Assembly: GCA_044224875.1 (NCBI GenBank) | Contig: JBGAJQ010000028.1 | Location: 1-60,466, forward strand | Direction: 5' to 3' | Origin: Gemmatimonadaceae bacterium | Lineage (GTDB): Bacteria > Gemmatimonadota > Gemmatimonadetes > Gemmatimonadales > Gemmatimonadaceae | DNA: 60,466 nt | In this document: one piece after another, positions 56,627-60,466 of the stretch | How positions within the stretch are numbered: the stretch's first letter is position 1 | Layout of the letters: the number at the start of each line of letters is the position of its first letter | Made by a program: the position numbers and the translations under genes | The notes under the pieces: generated by a model | The model's input: the letters and a program-made list of their open reading frames with translations, nothing else | The model's database searches: none | Told to the model about the DNA's origin: nothing

Positions 56627-58567
56627 ATGTCGATCACCGCGACATCGGAGATTCCCTCGACGCCGCCGCGGATACACGCGGACGTCGACCCACGGGGCCA
56701 GCGCCTCGCCTTACTCACGCTGACGGCCCTCGGAGTTGTCTACGGCGACATCGGCACATCGCCGTTGTACGCCCTGCGCGAATGCTTCAAGGCGGAGTAT
56801 GGGCTGTCACGCACGCCGGAGAACGTGTACGGCGTGTTGTCGCTCATTTTGTGGTCGCTGATTGCCGTCGTCAGCATCAAGTACATCATCTACATCATGC
56901 GGGCTGACAATCGCGGGGAGGGCGGAATCCTCGCCCTGCTCGCATTGGTGCTGCAACAGTCGCGCGACGACGCCGCACATCAACGACGCTACGGGCTGAT
57001 CATCATGTTGGGGCTCTTTGGCGCCGCGCTGTTGTATGGCGATGGCATCATCACGCCCGCCATCTCCGTTTTGTCGGCGGTGGAGGGGCTGAGCGTTGCG
57101 ATACCCAACCTCGATCCGCGCATCGTGGTGGTGTCGACGATCGCGATTCTGTTGGCGCTCTTTCTTGGCCAGCGACACGGAACGCAGAAGGTGGGGACGG
57201 TCTTTGGTCCGTTGATGCTGGTGTGGTTCCTCTCGATCGCGGTCCTCGGCAGCGTGGAGATCGCCCGTGAGCCGCGGATCTTGCTGGCAGTGAACCCGTG
57301 GTACGCGGTGCGCTTCTTCATTGACCACGGCACGCACGCCTTCGTGCTCCTTGGCGCGGTGGTGCTGGCGGTGACCGGCGCCGAGGCGTTGTACGCGGAC
57401 ATGGGGCATTTTGGCAAGAAGCCAATTCGCCGCGCCTGGTTCGGGCTCGTGTTCCCGGCGTTGCTCCTGAATTACTTCGGGCAGGGCGGATTGCTCCTCC
57501 GCGTGCCCGATGCCGCGGAGAATCCGTTCTACATGCTGGCCCCGCGTGTGCTCTTGTATCCGATGATCGCCATCGCGACACTGGCGGCGATTATTGCCTC
57601 GCAGGCGTTGATCTCCGGGGCCTTTTCGCTCACGCAGCAGAGCGTGCAACTCGGCTACACGCCGCGCGTTACGATCGTGCACACGTCAAAGAGCGAGGCG
57701 GGCCAGATCTACATTCCTGAAGTGAACAACGGGCTGATGCTGGGCACGCTGTTGGTGGTCCTGGGATTCAAGAACTCATCGGCGTTAGGCGCTGCCTACG
57801 GCATCGCGGTCACCGGCACGATGGCCATCACCACGATCCTGTTTTATGTCGTGGCGCACGAACGCTGGCACTGGTCCACGTTGCACGCCGGCGGATTGGC
57901 GGCGTTGTTCCTGGCGGTGGACCTCGCGTTCTTTGGCGCCAACGTCATCAAGATCGAACAAGGTGGCTGGGTTCCGCTGGCGATCGGCGTCGGCCTGTTC
58001 ACCGTCATGACGACGTGGAAGCGCGGCCGCATGCTCCTGCGTGAAGTCTTGCTGGACCGTTCCCTGGAAGTGGAGTCGCTCATGGACAGCCTGTCCCAGG
58101 GGAAGGTCGTACGCGTCCCGGGAACGGCCATCTTCATGACGTCGGAGTCCGAGAAGACGCCAGTGGTTCTGCTGCACCACCTCAAGCACAACAAGGTGCT
58201 GCACGAGCAAGTGGTGCTGCTGTCCATCATTGGGCGCGAGGTCCCCGAAGTCTCACCGTTGGAACGCCTGACGATCGAGAAGCTCGAGCATGGCTTCTGG
58301 CGGGTGAAGGCATTCTACGGCTTCATGGAAACGCCTAACGTCGAGGAGCTGCGTCATCGGTGCCAGGACGGCGGCATCAAGACGCGGCGCATGGACACCA
58401 CGTACTACCTGGGACGAGAGCAATTGATCGCCAAGGGAAGCACCGGGATGAAGCGGTGGCGCAAGAAGCTCTTCTCGGTCATGGCCCGCAACGCTCGCTC
58501 GGCGACGGAGTTCTTCGGCATCCCACCCAACCGCGTGGTTGAGCTTGGGGCGCAAATCGAGTTCTAG
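56627..58567 (+). CDS. kup: KUP/HAK/KT potassium transporter
   Basis: LGVVYGDIGTSPLY, ADNRGEGG, GAEALYADMGHFG, GQIYIP, PPNRVVELG. Confidence 0.96.
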   Translation: MSITATSEIPSTPPRIHADVDPRGQRLALLTLTALGVVYGDIGTSPLYALRECFKAEYGLSRTPENVYGVLSLILWSLIAVVSIKYIIYIMRADNRGEGGILALLALVLQQSRDDAAHQRRYGLIIMLGLFGAALLYGDGIITPAISVLSAVEGLSVAIPNLDPRIVVVSTIAILLALFLGQRHGTQKVGTVFGPLMLVWFLSIAVLGSVEIAREPRILLAVNPWYAVRFFIDHGTHAFVLLGAVVLAVTGAEALYADMGHFGKKPIRRAWFGLVFPALLLNYFGQGGLLLRVPDAAENPFYMLAPRVLLYPMIAIATLAAIIASQALISGAFSLTQQSVQLGYTPRVTIVHTSKSEAGQIYIPEVNNGLMLGTLLVVLGFKNSSALGAAYGIAVTGTMAITTILFYVVAHERWHWSTLHAGGLAALFLAVDLAFFGANVIKIEQGGWVPLAIGVGLFTVMTTWKRGRMLLREVLLDRSLEVESLMDSLSQGKVVRVPGTAIFMTSESEKTPVVLLHHLKHNKVLHEQVVLLSIIGREVPEVSPLERLTIEKLEHGFWRVKAFYGFMETPNVEELRHRCQDGGIKTRRMDTTYYLGREQLIAKGSTGMKRWRKKLFSVMARNARSATEFFGIPPNRVVELGAQIEF

Positions 58568-58602
58568 CCAGCTCGTGCCGCGCCATCCCAGTATTGGCTG
58601 AC

Positions 58603-60150
58603 TCAGTTCCGACCGGCGAGTGAAGGCCAGAGCGCCTGTAGCGTGAAACCATCACGCGGTTGCCGGCACAGCCAGATGGGCACTTCCCGCTCTTCGGGAA
58701 CACCGAGCGGATTGGACGTCTGTGCCGCCAGCTCCACAGACGCGAAGAAGGGCTCAAGGTCCCCGCGTTCGCCACCGATGGAGATCGCAACCGTGCCAGG
58801 ACGTTCCCCGGGTCCGAAGAACCAGTAACTGCCGGCAGCTGAGATACTGTGCGGAAGGCGGTAGGTCTTCGCAAAAAAGTCCACGGCGCCAGCACGCCCA
58901 TAGTTCGTACCGAAGATGACGACGCGTTCCTGTTCCGCTGCCGGCAGCGCGTGGTACACGGACGCCACCGTGCGAACCATCTCCTCCCACCCAAGCATGT
59001 CCGCGTAGTCCTGCGGCAACTCCAACGGCAATCGCTGGTTGGTCATGACCGCGCTGGTAATGCCGATGGAGGCCGCATAGCGCGCCATAAGAGATGGCGG
59101 CAGGAACGGGTAGCCGAACGGCGACACCGCCACACCCACCAGGATCATGGCAGCTACAACAGTTGGTCGAACCAGCAGCATACGAATGCGCTCGACACAC
59201 ACCGCGGTGGCGGCAAAGAGCGTGGGGTAGATCGGACCCAGATAGTAGTCCTTGCCATGCAGCGCCAGCAGCAACAACACGGCTCCCGCGCACGCCAAGG
59301 CAACGGGACGCGCCTGTGGACGCCTGTACAAGTCGTACAGTCCCCAGAGCGAGAGGGGAACAAATACGGGTGAGAACATCGCCTGCGCCCCCAGAAACGC
59401 CAACGGCGTCACGTACGAGAGCTGACTGCCTTGGAGGTCACGCATCTGGGTGGCGACAGGATACCCGAGCGCCGCCTGCCCCACGACCGATGGAAGACCG
59501 AGAAGCGCCGTGATCCCCACCGCCACCCACGGCCATGGCGTGGCCAACGAGGTGCGCGCGGGCGAGAGGATTACCCCCGCGGCCAACGGGAGGGCGACGA
59601 AGAGGATGCTGAACTTCGTCAGCAGGCCAAGGCCTAACGAGGCTCCGACCGCCAGCCACCAGCGCCTGTCTTGAGTTCGCCCCACCTGCAACACCCCATA
59701 CAGGGCACAGGTCCACCAGAGCTGATCGAACACCACGGGCTGAAAGAGTGTGCCAGACCGCATGAACAGCGGTGAAGTGAACACTGCCAGCGCCACCAAC
59801 CACTCGGCGAAACGCCCTCCGCCGAGCGCCCGTGCAATTCGGGTAGCCAAGACGATCAGGACCCCGTGGACAATCGCGGGAAGGAGGCGCGTGGCAACGA
59901 GCGAGTCACCGAACAACCCCAAACTCACCTGTGACAGGATGCCGATGAGTGGCGGGAAATCCATGCGGAAAAGCTGCAGGTGCTGCCCCATGGCGAAGTA
60001 CAGGAACTCATCGCGATGCCAGCCGTACGGCGAGCGCGCATTGGCCACGACGTGGCATAGCACCGCCAGCACGCCGAGTACCAGGCCACCTCGTGACGTT
60101 CCATGTTGGAACAACGGGGTGCTCTGCTGGATTCGGGTGAACGTCTTCAT
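58603..60150 (-). CDS. ArnT/PMT-like (GT-C) membrane glycosyltransferase
   Basis: HRDEFLY, DFPPL, GLLTKFS, K.YYLGPIYP, DMLGWEE, NYGRAGA; multiple TMs. Start uncertain. Confidence 0.88.
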   Translation of the reverse strand: MKTFTRIQQSTPLFQHGTSRGGLVLGVLAVLCHVVANARSPYGWHRDEFLYFAMGQHLQLFRMDFPPLIGILSQVSLGLFGDSLVATRLLPAIVHGVLIVLATRIARALGGGRFAEWLVALAVFTSPLFMRSGTLFQPVVFDQLWWTCALYGVLQVGRTQDRRWWLAVGASLGLGLLTKFSILFVALPLAAGVILSPARTSLATPWPWVAVGITALLGLPSVVGQAALGYPVATQMRDLQGSQLSYVTPLAFLGAQAMFSPVFVPLSLWGLYDLYRRPQARPVALACAGAVLLLLALHGKDYYLGPIYPTLFAATAVCVERIRMLLVRPTVVAAMILVGVAVSPFGYPFLPPSLMARYAASIGITSAVMTNQRLPLELPQDYADMLGWEEMVRTVASVYHALPAAEQERVVIFGTNYGRAGAVDFFAKTYRLPHSISAAGSYWFFGPGERPGTVAISIGGERGDLEPFFASVELAAQTSNPLGVPEEREVPIWLCRQPRDGFTLQALWPSLAGRN

Positions 60151-60163
60151 TCACGGAGTATGT

Positions 60164-60466
60164 GTGTCATCACTTCCGGTCACCATCCACCATTTGGCGG
60201 ACCATCCTCTCCACGCAACGCAGCTGGGTCGTTGGCACTTTGCGGAGTGGTCACACTTGATGCCGTGGTGGACTGAGAAGGCTGCGATCGATGAACTCGC
60301 CAGGCACACCTCGCATACGGCTGTCCCGACCACCCTTGTTGCCCTGCAGGGGCGCGAGCCCGTCGGCTCAATCAGCCTCCTCGAGCACGACCTTCCAGAG
60401 TGGCCTCAGTACACGCCGTGGCTGGCGAGCCTTTACGTGCGCGATGACATGCGCGGACTCGGCATC
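60164..60466 (+). CDS. GNAT acetyltransferase (runs off the window end)
   Basis: GGAG RBS and GTG start; PTTLVAL..EPVGSISL...TPWLASLYVR..MRGLGI. Confidence 0.85.
   Translation, partial: MSSLPVTIHHLADHPLHATQLGRWHFAEWSHLMPWWTEKAAIDELARHTSHTAVPTTLVALQGREPVGSISLLEHDLPEWPQYTPWLASLYVRDDMRGLGI

Noticed and set aside
4279..59639. Dispersed GCCTAAC/GTTAGGC sites as attC cassette boundaries
   Set aside because: No CCTAAC is followed by a GTTAGG within about 50-150 bp with pairing arms, and most sites are inside intact genes.
80..59639. Motif as a Chi or KOPS site
   Set aside because: Orientation is nearly balanced (28 versus 21) and interleaved, unlike replichore-polarised motifs. Not fully excluded without the whole genome.
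1..60466. rRNA, tRNA, IS elements, prophage genes
   Set aside because: None recognised; intI is the only recombinase seen.

Overview
GC-rich (roughly 65-67% by eye) bacterial chromosomal segment. The gene content (PadR/ADOP permease pair, kinase-TPR proteins, DUF1592-DUF1552-ankyrin operon) suggests Gemmatimonadota; this is an inference. Bases 1 to about 22 kb form an accessory patchwork. It starts with an integron integrase followed by a promoter, a GTTAGGC core and a terminator (an apparently empty, same-orientation integron). It also holds small regulator/target pairs, a TonB receptor, several truncated genes, short in-frame scraps of housekeeping genes (ahcY, dnaK, gyrB), and degenerate copies of gene ends next to intact genes. 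From about 22 to 60 kb the content looks more core-like: peptidases, amidohydrolase, HDAC, polX-nth-cyclophilin, TetR-TolC-EmrAB efflux, an ECF sigma operon, kup and a GT-C glycosyltransferase. The strongest unexplained signal is the motif YGTTAGG(C). By hand count there are 49 GTTAGG/CCTAAC sites, 30 of them exact CGTTAGGC/GCCTAACG, on both strands, mostly inside genes and overlapping 8 stop codons. Its commonest form contains the integron core site GTTAGGC. No rRNA, tRNA, CRISPR array or attC site was recognised.
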